This document shows positions 53,091 to 64,000 of a stretch of 64,000 nt of DNA, one piece after another (the stretch's first letter is position 1; the number at the start of each line of letters is the position of its first letter). A model generated the notes under the pieces. It worked only from the letters and a program-made list of their open reading frames with translations, did not search any database and was not told the origin of the DNA. A program made the position numbers and the translations under genes. This DNA is from Callorhinchus milii (Eukaryota). The stretch lies in assembly GCF_018977255.1 (NCBI RefSeq), contig NW_024704742.1, positions 9,674,001 to 9,738,000 of the forward strand, written 5' to 3'.

Positions 53091-54735
53091 TTTAAAATAT
53101 TTAAAATTGTTCTTTCAAAAATTGCCAAATTCTTTACCATGCTTCATTACCATAGTATGTTCTGAAATGCTAAGTAGAATAAATCTCTCCCACGGAGTCC
53201 AACACAATAATTTAAATTGCATGCAATACTCTTGAATTCTAAAGAACCGGGGAGAGTTGGAAAATCAGTTGTTTGCAATAAAAGTCAATATAACTAAATA
53301 ATCCCCACTGGAAAATCCTTCCAGCCTATATTACTGTTGTTCCAACTGCTCACCCTACTGGTTATTTATGAAAGTACGTGGACAAGGTATTGTATTCAAG
53401 GATTAAAATTAATATTTGGGGCAATGCAACTAGAATGGCATCGCTTTCTACATTAACAAGTGCAGTTTAGAACAGAAACTTCTAAAGACATGTATTCCAG
53501 CAGCTGCACAAATCTTCCTCTTGGTACGAGATGTGTTATCAGTTTATTTACAAGGAAACATCAAGTGGCAAGGTTGCTGCATTACCCGATCTGTCTCCTT
53601 CACAATCTAGTCATCCAGTTGGGAGATATGTAGTGAATAGGTTGAGCTGTTCATCAAATAGGGAAAGCGTTCCCACAAAAATACATTTCTACAGCAATGA
53701 GGGAAAGCTTTATGATAAGCAGGTGGCACTTAAGAGAGTTATCAATATCAGTCAGTGCAGGAGCACTGAAATACAGGCATCATTCCAGGTCTTTAATTAG
53801 AAACCAACGTTCAGAATAAAAAGCCCTTCCCATACAAGAGTTTGTAACACTTTTAAAACAATAATTTGGAAGAAAACACAAAATGTATATTTTAACAGCA
53901 CATAAACCCTGCAGTTATATATTGGTTGGTATGTGTGTGTGTATGTTAGAGATTGTGACAAGTTTAATGGTTTCCAACAAATACCTAGCACAAAGGAAAT
54001 ACACTATAATAATAATACTTGCATTTGATAGAGCGCCTTATACCTCCAACATTATCCACTTGTACAGGAAAATGAAATGACTTTTCTATTTTGCTGACAA
54101 AGGGAAAACCAGAAGGATTGCTTTTGGGATTTAGACCAGCTCTTATTTTACATGTACACAATAATTGAAAGCAGTGTTAACTATAGATGAGTCATCTGAT
54201 AAGTGGTTGTTAAACCACCTCCATAAACCACCTGCGTTTAAAAAGCTTTCACTCTTCAGAATGTGCACTTATAGTGTGAACAGTGAAAGATGCTTATGAA
54301 ATTTTGCTACAGGGATGGAATTGAAAAAAAACAGGGTTAGCATTCTATAGTCATCAAAACCTTCATAATTATAATAATACTTGCAATTTATATAGCTCCC
54401 GATCACGTCATTGAGACATCTCAAAGCACTACACAGAATACATTGTAAAGTGCAATGACTGTATTTTGTGGACAAAACACGGCAGCTAATTGTGCACAGC
54501 GGTGACCCACAAACAGTTGTGGATTGAGTGACCACATTTTCTCCCCCACTCTCTTGCTGAAGGATGCCCAACTCAACTGCCTTTCAATGCTTTGAACCCA
54601 ATCCCTTGGAGATCAATGCTCCCAACTTTTCCCCTATTCAGTACGTAAAAAGGTTAAAAATGTATTGTCTAGAGGTCAAAAATGGGTGATTGTTTCAAAC
54701 TCCGAAAGAATTTGGGTGAATAGGTGATGAAAGAT

Positions 54736-54840
54736 CACTGACGAAAGGTCATCAACCTGAAACATTAACTCACTTTCCTCTCTCCAATAGATGCTGCCTG
54801 ACCTGCTGAGTGTTCCCAGCAACTTCTGTTTTATTTTAGT
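54736..54840 (+). mobile_element. Penelope-like element terminal remnant with hammerhead-like core
   Basis: CTGACGA-A-AGGT(CATCA)ACCT-GAAAC followed by TCTCTCCA..AGATGCTGCCTGACCTGCTGAGTGTTCCCAGCA, a terminus I recognise from shark Penelope-type repeats. Confidence 0.6.
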
Positions 54841-55123
54841 TGGGTGAATAGACTGTTTAGATTTAACTAGTTTATGTAAAAAGTGGTTAACATATAGAAC
54901 TGTTTCTCAAAGATGCCATGGAGGGAGATAGTGCAGTCAATTTCAAGAGGCAATTGGACAACCTTTTTGTCAGTGAAGGGGGATAGGAGATGTAAGATAG
55001 GAAGATAGCATTTGGATACAAAACCAGCCATCAGGCTGCAGTGGTTTCATCTGGTTTTGCACATTCCTAGCATATAAGTAACCTGGGTCAATAGAAAAGT
55101 GCAGCTGCAACTTTTCCGCGGAA

Positions 55124-55307
55124 TCCGCTATAAACACCACCCTCCGCTATAAACACCGCCCTCCGCTATAAACAGCTTCCTCCGCTATATAAACACCGCC
55201 CTCCGCTATAAACACCGCCCTCCGCTATAAACACCGCCCTCCGCTATAAACACCGCTCTCTGTTATAAAAACAGCCCTCCGCTATAAACACCACACTCTG
55301 CTATATA
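55124..55307 (+). repeat. 19-bp minisatellite, about 9.5 copies of TCCGCTATAAACACCGCCC
   Basis: Units start at 55124, 55143, 55162, 55181, 55202, 55221, 55240, 55259, 55278 and 55297. Confidence 0.95.
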
Positions 55308-57361
55308 GCATTATTTCCTCACGTTTAGTTTTTATCAATAAAGTGAAAAAATGTAGGTTGGCAGTAACATGTACTTCAATAGCACTAATCAACACCTCGC
55401 AACCCTTCGCAGAATTTCCAAATTTCCCTACAATTTGTGACAAATATTTCCACACTTTTCCATTGGCCTAGCTTATAACTGTTCTGGATTCTCAAATGTC
55501 CTAACACGGCCATCTCAGAGATATGGCATTTCCATAAAATAAGACAAGGGAGTTCTTTCAAAGAAGGAATAATTGGATATCAAATATGGTCCCGTGAGTG
55601 GTAGTGTTAAATTCTCCAATGCTCTTACCAATGCACTCAATCAGATTACAGAGATATTTCCCAAACTGTAGGGGAGTTTTGTTGCCCAACCTCTCAAACT
55701 TAGTTCAGGAATGAATAAAAAGATAGTTATAAGCTCACCCAATTCAGATATAAAGTTTATTTGATTTCTCTCTTCCTCCTCACCCTTCCACATTCTAGTG
55801 TATCAGAGGTGGAGCAGTAAGTGTACAGACAAGAGTTCAGTTGTGTGAGTACCTAATCCACACAGTTATGAAATGCATCTCTTCTGCTGGATACAACCAA
55901 AAATTTTTCTTCATGCATTTTGCCTGATAGTCTCACTTATTAAAATAGCACCCCCATCACCAGCCAAGCACTACACCCAGCCTACTTCGCTGAGCCAAGC
56001 CAACACCTAAGTCTCAGGGTTAAAGACCAATTCTTATCCAGTCAGTAAAAAATGATGCCATTTTGTGTTGTTCAATGACAAGTATTTTCAAGAAAATAAA
56101 TTATTAATGTGTCTCTCAACCGCTTTCGTCCCTCAACACCCAGCCCATCACAGCATTAAAATTGCAGCATTGGTAAAATTTGCTGTTTTTCAATGTATGC
56201 CTTGCCAAATGGTGCAGCGTAAAAGTAACATAGTAGGCATAATAAAAGGTTAATGAAACCTTAGACGTATACCAGGAACAATGGAGGGGGATAATACGTG
56301 GTCCATTGGCTGTAAACTACAGGACTTGCATCAAGAGACAGGAACTGAAAGAATCTGATCAATAGAGGAAGGAAAGCGAAGAAGGAATAACAACTACAAC
56401 AACAACTTGCATTTATATAGCGCCCTTCATGCAGGGTAGTGTCCTGGAGTGCTTCACAGTGGTGGAGTCTTACAACAAGCTAGGAGGAGAGGGATGGGGG
56501 AGGTGACTGGAAGCACGATCAAAAAGGGAGATCTTTTTTAGGTGGGATTTGAGGAGGGGAGGAATCCTAAATTGATATAGCCTGCAACAAGAGAGCAAAA
56601 TGTAACCAATATGCATCAGCAAAGTAAGCACAGCAGCCACTTTTAATTATTTTCTACAAAATGATTGGTTATATAACAAGACTCAATATTATTGACTAAC
56701 AGTATACTAACCTTCTCTAGTTAAGCATCTAAAGCAATCCTATTCTTCCCCATCATTCTTATGGAAATTGAGCTCAAGGGAAGAGCTGGGTTTACTATAA
56801 AACTGTCTGAATTATTTTTCTCAATGCATCCATTCATTCATTCATTGAAGCAACTGCTTATAAGATATAAAACTGACCCTAGGGAAACTGAAATAACAGT
56901 AGATGTTAATAGTACTATACGTGGAAATCACCACTAAACATGACCCCTAGCAAATCTTCTATAATCCGCTCTGCAATGCAGAAACAGGAATACTGTACAA
57001 CAACTTCCATTTATATAGCGCCCCTCACCTCACGCAGGGTAACGTCCCAGAGCGCTTGACATTGGTGACAGTAGGCATAGTCGAAGAGGAAGATCTTCAA
57101 GTGCGACCTGAAGGAAGGGGCAAGGCGGAGGGATAGAGGAAGTGTACTCTCAAATAAGCAAGTAGGAATTGCAAAACCAAGGACATGAAATAACAGTGAA
57201 CTTACATTTCCTAAAATACACCATTAGATTTAAAATCCAATACAGCTGCAAGTTAATAAAACTAGAGTTGCATTAGAGTAAAAGTAATACATAAACATTC
57301 TCAAAACTAAATGTCACACATTAGACAGAAGGTTGTTCGTAGATAGCAATGTGTAATTTGT

Positions 57362-57675
57362 GTGTCAGCCAGGCTCAGATGGTAGCACTCTCACCGCTGA
57401 GTCAAAAGCTTGTGCGTTCAACCTCACATCAGGACTTGGAACTGACATTGTCTAAGGTGACACTCCAATGCAGTGCTGAGGGAGTGCTGCATTGTTGGGA
57501 GGTGCCGTCCTTTGGATGATATGTTAACCCGAGGCCCTGTCTGCCTGTTCAGGTGGATGTTAAAGATCTCATGATACTATTTGAAAAGAGAAGGAAGTTT
57601 CTCCTGGTGTCTTGGCCAAAAATTGCCCTAAATAAAAATTCACTTCATGGCTGTTTGTGGAACATTGCTGTGCCC
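57362..57675 (+). mobile_element. Deu-domain SINE (SacSINE1/AmnSINE-like), older family
   Basis: tRNA-like head GGCTCAGATGGTAGCACTCTC, then GACACTCCAATGCAGTGCTGAGGGAGTGCTGCATTG...GGTGCCGTCCTTTGGATGA...GGTGGATGTTAAAGATC, typical of the Deu domain. Confidence 0.75.
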
Positions 57676-57984
57676 CCATTTTCCTGGCCACAGCCCAGAT
57701 TCATATTACTGTAGTTCTACCAGTGCAAACTTTCAGCAACATCTGCTTACCTCTGAACACCTTCCTCTTCGACCATGCACACTCCCATCCTCTCTGCCCT
57801 CACCCCTCCTGACTCCAACTCCCAGCTCGGGTCCAAAAAGCCCTGATTGTCTAGCTCCCTGGGACATCTTTCCGACTGGAAGGGGGCTAATCAAGTGTAA
57901 GTTGTTGTTGTTAAAGGCAGGCACTAATAAGCTCCAGATGTATATGGGAAAAAGAATGAAGAGAACAAGTATATGCTTGGTGGT

Positions 57985-58685
57985 AAAATATTAAAAGGAG
58001 TGGAAGAACAAAGGGACATGGGGTTTAATGTACATAAATCCTTAAAGGTGGGATGGTTGGTGGAAAAAGCTGTCAAAAAACAGAATCGTAGGTTTTATGA
58101 ATAGGATTATAGAATATAAAAAGCAAAGAAGTAATGCTAAACTTATATAAATCATTAGTAAGAACTGCAGTTAGAATACTGTAGAATACTGTGTACGGTC
58201 ACCCCACTTTAGGAAAGATATCAAGGCAACAGAGGAATAGAGAGGAGATTTATTAGGATGATACCAGGGATGAGTGGTTTGGCCTATGAACTGGAGGAAC
58301 TGGGACATTTCCTCCCTGAAGGTTGTGGGATGACCTGATAAAGGTCTTTAAAATTATGAGGAAATTTGATAGTCAGCAGGGAGTAGAGTTTTTCACTGGT
58401 CAGTGAGTCAGTAACTAGAGGGAATCAATTTAAGATAGTTAGTAAATAAGCAAATGGAAAAAATGTGCATGCACAGAGTAGTTTGGATATGGAATGCCCT
58501 GCTGGACACAGTATTTAAGGCAGAATCCAAATTGGCCTTCAAGAAGGAACTAGACAAATACTTTCAAAAGAGTCAGCTCAAGGGCTATGGGAAAGGGCAG
58601 GGAAACGGGATTGAAAGGAATGCTTTTGAGGGAACAAACACAATGGGCCAAATGGCCTTCTTTGGTGTCGTAAATTTCTATGGTT
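57985..58685 (+). mobile_element. Decayed CR1 3' region
   Basis: LKLYKSL...RVVWIWNAL...FKKELDKY and CR1 tail. Other CR1 pieces near 8320-8370, 10000-10380(-), 23385-23830, 31420-31560(-), 32740-32860, 39475-39700(-) and 47330-47452. Confidence 0.78.
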
Positions 58686-60007
58686 CTAACCTGTATTTTA
58701 GGAAATCTCTTCCAGCAGCCGTCATCCCAAGCCTCAAAGTTTCCTCATCAGCTAATTGAAAGACAATGTGTCTTCAGTGTGGTGGGAGGACCTATAAAGG
58801 GCAGTTTGGAATGTGCCAGCCACCTTGATGTTTTTCTCACTTCACAAGTTAGTCTATTTGCTTAGAAGATTCCACGTTAGTCAGTGCAAGTTGATATAGT
58901 GCCTAATCACGTCTTTGAGACACCTCAAAGCGCTTCACAGAATATATTGTAAAGTGAATTCACTGTTTATTTTTTGGACAAAACGCGGCAGCCAATTGCA
59001 CACAGCAGTGTCCCACAAACAGTTGTGGATTTAGTGACCAAATTACTTTTATTTATCTTCTCAATACACACATCTTGTCTGTAGAAATTCAACCTTCTCC
59101 AGATTTACTCTAAAAACATAGCATTTCAGAGCAACCAAACAAAATTGGTCAAATTTGTCAATAATCTTTTATGTTAAATCTGGTTTTCTGCAAGATATTT
59201 TAAGAACCATGGAAAAACAGCTTCAAATTTACAACTGAATTCCAATTTGGCAAATTTGATATTCTATGTTATTTGACAAATAATAATAGTCCTTGCTTTT
59301 GACATAGTGCCTTATCACGTCTTCAAGATGTCTCAATTTAAACCCAGGTTGAATTTCTACACTTTGATATTGCTTGAGGTGACACTGGCAATATTATTCT
59401 AGTTGTACGTCAAGGGCAGGCAGATAAATATGAAAGAATTTATATTATAATTCCCATTGAGAAAGAGGAACAAGCCATGTGTATAACAAGAGTCAATTTG
59501 AGACTTTGTGGCAGCAAAGCCTTAGAGGTTAGTAGAGTCAACGCCACCACCTGCAACAACAATTTGCATTTATGTGGAGCCCTTGCATAGGGTGGGGTTC
59601 CAGAGCGCTTGACTTTTCAGTCAGTCGGTGAGTCTACAATTGCTAGGAGTTGATCGCAAGGTTGCGATGGTGTAGACTTGGTTTCACAGATACTGAAGGT
59701 CAGGAATCTAGAAGTGAATGTTAATCTATGGGGCCCAGGGGCCCTCTGTGTGTGGAATGCTTGCGTTCTTCATTGTACGCTGTGTTACACTACTCTTTAT
59801 CGTGACTGCTAAGAATGAATTGTCTTCCAGCCGTCTGCTTATTTTTCGTGATTTCTCCCCTTGCCTTTCGCCGAAGACGGATTCATTAATTAATTTTGCC
59901 CACAAAATATACAATCGATTCACTTTACAATATATCCCGTGAAGCGCTTTGAGATGTCTCAACGGGGTGATAAGGCGTTATATCGGGCACTAAATCACCG
60001 CCTAGGC

Positions 60008-60390
60008 GTGGATTCCTGTAACTTACTGGTTACAGCACTCGCCTCGCAAGTGAGAGGACCCTGGTTCGATTCCTGGGCAGGGTGAGTCGTTGGGCAAGTT
60101 TGCTTACCCCTCACGCCTCTTACCTCACAGTGAGAAGGAACACGGTTGTTAGTCGATTTGTGGATCGCTTTTCCAGGGATAATTATTTAAAATAAATAAT
60201 AATAATTTGGTCACTCAATCTATGACTGTTTGTGGGTCACTGCTGTGCACAATTGGCTGCCGCGTTTCGCGCCACAAAATATACAGTCAATTTGTTTCAC
60301 AGTATATTCTGTGAAGTGATTTGAGATGCCTGAACGGAGTGGAGTGATAAGGCGCTATATCAAATGCAAAGATTATCACTATTATTATAA
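60008..60390 (+). mobile_element. tRNA-derived SINE, long subfamily
   Basis: Family head, body and tail. Confidence 0.82.
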
Positions 60391-60673
60391 ATAATATGGG
60401 AAATAAAGTTAACAACTCTATAACTAGAAAACATGTGAATTTATGTGATTTTACATTACATCAGAAAAATATCATAACAACAGCCAAAAGATCAAGTCCG
60501 CGTTGGTTAGTGGAAAACTTTCGAGGATTAGCGCTATTATTATTATTTTTTAAAAGAAAGGGTTAAATGCAGTGATGCAGTACTGGTACTGCTCTCGAGT
60601 TCACAGAGGTACTTTGCAAAGTTTTGCAAATCGTGGCCTAACTTTGCAAATTGATGTTGGGTGCAATCGAGTG

Positions 60674-60765
60674 CACCCTAACCCTAACCCTCACCCCCCC
60701 CACCCCCAACCCCCACCCCAACCCCCCCCAACCCCCCTCACCCCCACCCCCCCCCCCCAACCCAA
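60674..60765 (-). repeat. G-rich low-complexity tract on the FUT10 sense strand, including TTAGGG units
   Basis: Plus strand reads CCCTAACCCTAACCCTCACCCCCCCC... with many C runs of 4 or more. Confidence 0.85.
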
Positions 60766-60855
60766 AACCATAAACTGGATGAGAGTGATGACGGAAGGTG
60801 CCCTCACCCCACATACCGACTGTATCCAGATGACAGCTGATCAACCATTAGACAG

Positions 60856-60883
60856 GACACACACACACACACACACACACACA
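60856..60883. repeat. (CA)n microsatellite
   Basis: Direct inspection. Confidence 0.95.
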
Positions 60884-60967
60884 GGTATTAACACACGGGG
60901 GGGTGGGGGGGGGGAGACATTGAACAAATGCAACAAGGAGAGAGGCGGTGATTTAAAATATTCCAAC

Positions 60968-61117
60968 CTGCAAAGTTACAAAGAAGAAAAGCAGAGCGGA
61001 GCAAACCAGACAGCACAGCCCCAGCCCCAGCCCCAGGCCCAGGCCCAGCCCGCGGGGCCCGGACCCGAACCCGGGCCGCGAGCCTCCGCTCAGCTCTCTC
61101 CTGGGACTCCGGTACAT
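60968..61117 (-). CDS. FUT10: FUT10/POFUT3 coding exon 1 (cytoplasmic tail plus type II signal anchor)
   Basis: Manual translation: MYRSPRRELSGGSRPGFGSGPRGLGLGLGLGLGLCCLVCSALLFFFVTLQ. ATG has A at -3 (ACAATG). Ends CAG|GTTGGA, phase 0. The ...VTLQ end matches the FUT10 anchor and joins in frame to VVVELG of the next exon. Lies in a CpG island. Confidence 0.85.
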
Positions 61118-61440
61118 TGTCACAGTGTCACTGCAGCAATGGGGATTCCCCCGTCCCGCCCCCGCCCGCCCGCTCCCTCTGTGACGCCATCACCCGTCGC
61201 GGCCTTCCATTGGCCAGCCGAGCTATCAATCCACCCGCGGCCGGCCGTCGCCCGCTGTGAGCCGAGCTGCTATTGGTCGGCTCGGCCGTCGATCAATCCG
61301 CGCGGCGTTAAGCGATCCGCTATTGGCCGGCGCGGATGTCAATCAATCAAACTATCAACCACTCCAGGTGCGGGTGGTCGGACCCGGTGGGCGTTTCCTT
61401 CCCGCCCCTTGTCCTCTGCACACGAGGCGGCACTGTAATG
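61040..61440 (-). promoter_or_regulatory. CpG-island promoter of FUT10 with GC boxes, a CRE-like site and three CCAAT boxes
   Basis: Densest CpG region of the window. Overlapping CCGCCC boxes at about 61155-61173, TGACGCCA at 61182-61189, and ATTGG at 61209, 61272 and 61322, directly upstream of the ATG. Confidence 0.8.
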
Positions 61441-61564
61441 GGTGGACTCCCCCCACAAAAACCACCAAGAACCTGACTCCTGGCGGCGATTTGACTCATG
61501 TTTGGAAATTGTTCACTTCTCACCGGGAAGGCAACTGCGGTTTTAGTTTGAGAAACGATAACAA

Positions 61565-61750
61565 AAAAAAAGTCATTCTTGCGCTCGCTATCGCGCCTCA
61601 ACACGTCGCTGAGACGGTTCAAAGCGCTTCATGGGATACACTGCAAAGTGAATTGACTGTATGTTTTGGCGGTGAAACCCGGCGGCCAACTGAGCACCGC
61701 AGCCTCCCACAGACAGCCATGGATTGAGTGACCAATTTATTATTATTATT
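61565..61750 (-). mobile_element. SINE 3' half upstream of the promoter
   Basis: Family body and tail. Further partial copies near 1060-1190, 6808-7060, 9268-9450, 16404-16590, 21160-21425, 27995-28250, 28797-28910, 29965-30190, 34898-35020, 54370-54540, 58885-59050 and 62865-63030. Confidence 0.75.
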
Positions 61751-64000
61751 TGTTTTTATGGCCCGCGTGAGCACACAGCCCGGCCGCCGCCCGTACTCAT
61801 CAGCAACGTACTCTTATCGCTGCTGCCCGCTTTAACCACTTGAAATGTTGGCAAGTGTGTGTGACTGGTAAATATGTTTGTGTTGTGCTGGCAAACTCAC
61901 TGAGACAAAGGTGAGTCATCAAGTGTTCTTTATGTTCATGTTGATTCAGTGGTAGATAAGTCGTACGGTGTTGCTTTCTGTCTCAGGCAATATGTTATAT
62001 TAGTCGAGAAAATAAAGTCCTCTTGTTCAGTTGGATGATAAGATCCCACGGCACGATTCAAAAAGAGAAGGGAGCTTCTCTGTTCCAGTGTCCTTGTGAA
62101 CAAACCCCAAATAAAATTGGTCATTCACTTCGTGGCTGTTTATGGGACATTGCTCTCGGCCACTGGTAGCTAAGCCATGGCTGGAAGTGGCCCGTGGGTC
62201 CATGAAGAAGTGGCCCGCGGCACATTCACCTCGGTCCAGGTGAGTCCGTTCCAAACCAATGGCTGGTTCCAGTAACTACCGAGCGGTGATACCCTTGGCT
62301 CAGCCATAAATGAGGAAATGTTCAGTCAAGAACATTTAAATGGTTGGCTGACCAAAAATGTTAGCCAACACTGCTCTACGCAAATTTGTCTACTGCATTC
62401 GCCCACAAAAACAGTCACTACATTTTACAATATGTACTGTGAAGTACTTCCAAAGGGAAAGGCACTCATCCAAAATGCAAGGAATATGATTATAACACAT
62501 TCAATGTAAAACCACAATTTCATTAAATCATACGCATGAGGTACCTTGCAATGGAAACTGTTTCCCATCTAGTCCTGCTCATTGGACGTGTTTCTTATTA
62601 TGAATCGTTTGAGAGCTATCTGGTCCAAGCCCAGAGCTAAGGACTCAGGAACTGGTGATAGTAATGGGGTGTGGGGAGGTTGGCTCTAACATTATATGTA
62701 GTGGGAATGATCGTGGATATCAAAACGTATACAAAGGAAGCTGGAAATTCTCTTAAAGAAAGAGAAGTCTAGAAGTAACAATATCTGTGCAGTTCAGTCA
62801 AGGTACGTTCAGTTCAGCAGCCAATTGTATCTTGAATTTTGAACTTTTATCTAGCACTAAGTTGAAACCCGGTTGTTAGTCGATTGGCGAATTGTTTTCC
62901 GGGGGTAATAATACCTTCAAAATAAATAAATGCATACATAAATAAGACATCATATGCTGTGAAGCGCTTTGAGATGTTTTGAAGACATGGTAAGGAGCTA
63001 TATCAATTGCAAAGATTAATATTATATTATTAACTTTATCTCCACTAAGCAAGTGTGTTTCTTTCTGTCAGGAATTTCTCTTAAATACATCAATCCAGAA
63101 ATTTAAGTAGTGAGGATTTATTTATCTTAATAAACAAATGTTCGGATATCAGACGACTGAGACAGCAAAGAGGATTGACTTGATTCCAATCTTCCTTTGT
63201 TAAGTCAGCCTGAAAATGACTACTTAGATCCCCCCTCTCAAAAAAGGATAGTCAGGTCATTATACAAATGACAAAGGAAGTTTGAGCCCTCAATAGATGC
63301 AAATGGTATGCTTTGGCTCAGTTAACTGGAGAGAGCAACCAATGAGATTGATGGAGCAAGAGACACCAGTAAGAGCCAAACCAGCTGCTTTAGTTTTGTT
63401 ATCATTCAGTATAGCAAGTTAAAGTTCTTCCAGGACTTAATATCTGACAGACAGTTGGTCCGGAGAGTAATGACCTGGGATTAGAGTATAACTAGACAAC
63501 GTCAGGGCCAGCCATGAAGTTCATTTCTCATTAGGTTATCTCTGGCTCACTTGTGGTTTTGCTATTTTGTGTCCTGTCTTTCACTTGTGAAGATATAAAG
63601 GATAATTTATACAAAATAATTCACTTGGCTTGTTGTTAAACCACAGTCTCAAAAGCTACATGGTGCAATAATTAATTCCCCGTGGAAAGCTGATCGCAAC
63701 ATCTTGGTTCAATTGTTTGACAGGTGCCCCGAATTGAATGCTAAAATGAGCATTGGTGAGTTACAATTTAGTGATGGAATATCATCTTACATATATACCA
63801 GAGAAGACATGAAGTGCCGTTGGCAGTCACTCCAGACATGCGGTATTATCTGATATCAAAATAGACTTGCTCATACTCCCGCTTTTGTTCAGCACATGAA
63901 ATAGAGTGGAAATATGAATTAAATATAAATAAGCCTACTGTCCTTATAAATTACAAAACACATCTCTGCTTTTGGCTATTTTATTATCTCCTGGTGATAA

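Noticed and set aside
55124..55307. CRISPR-like array
   Set aside because: Units are contiguous with no unique spacers, there are no cas genes, and the context is eukaryotic. It is a minisatellite.
60674..60692. Interstitial telomere
   Set aside because: Only two to three CCCTAA units within a C-rich low-complexity tract.
60572..61438. 288-aa plus-strand ORF
   Set aside because: Made of poly-C, (CA)n and the antisense of FUT10 exon 1 in GC-rich, stop-poor sequence. No recognisable domain.
61440..64000. Exons of a neighbouring gene such as MAK16 or TTI2
   Set aside because: No peptide resembling these proteins was found in the window.

Overview
Vertebrate genomic DNA, most likely from a cartilaginous fish (inferred from the repeat content: Deu-domain SINEs, shark-type CR1 tails, L2 LINEs and a Penelope remnant). 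The one well-supported gene is FUT10 (GT10 fucosyltransferase, now also called POFUT3) on the minus strand. It is complete in four coding exons: 61117-60968, 52487-52193, 36505-35670 and 34831-34607. All introns are GT-AG, phases are 0/1/0, and the CDS is 1506 nt (501 aa). The first coding exon is not in the ORF track. It sits in a CpG island carrying three evenly built TALE-decamer-like/N9/CCAAT modules. The rest of the window is intronic or intergenic and packed with retroposons: about 30 copies of a tRNA-headed SINE (long and short subfamilies), older Deu-SINEs, L2 and CR1 fragments, MITE-like elements and an unclassified dispersed repeat. Most ORFs in the track are repeat artefacts. I found no evidence of a large novel system. 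The most interesting observations are the promoter grammar, an apparent SINE tail swap onto an L2 partner, a nested SINE palindrome, a decayed hammerhead-like motif and a TATA/GC-box minisatellite. Repeat boundaries are approximate, read by eye.
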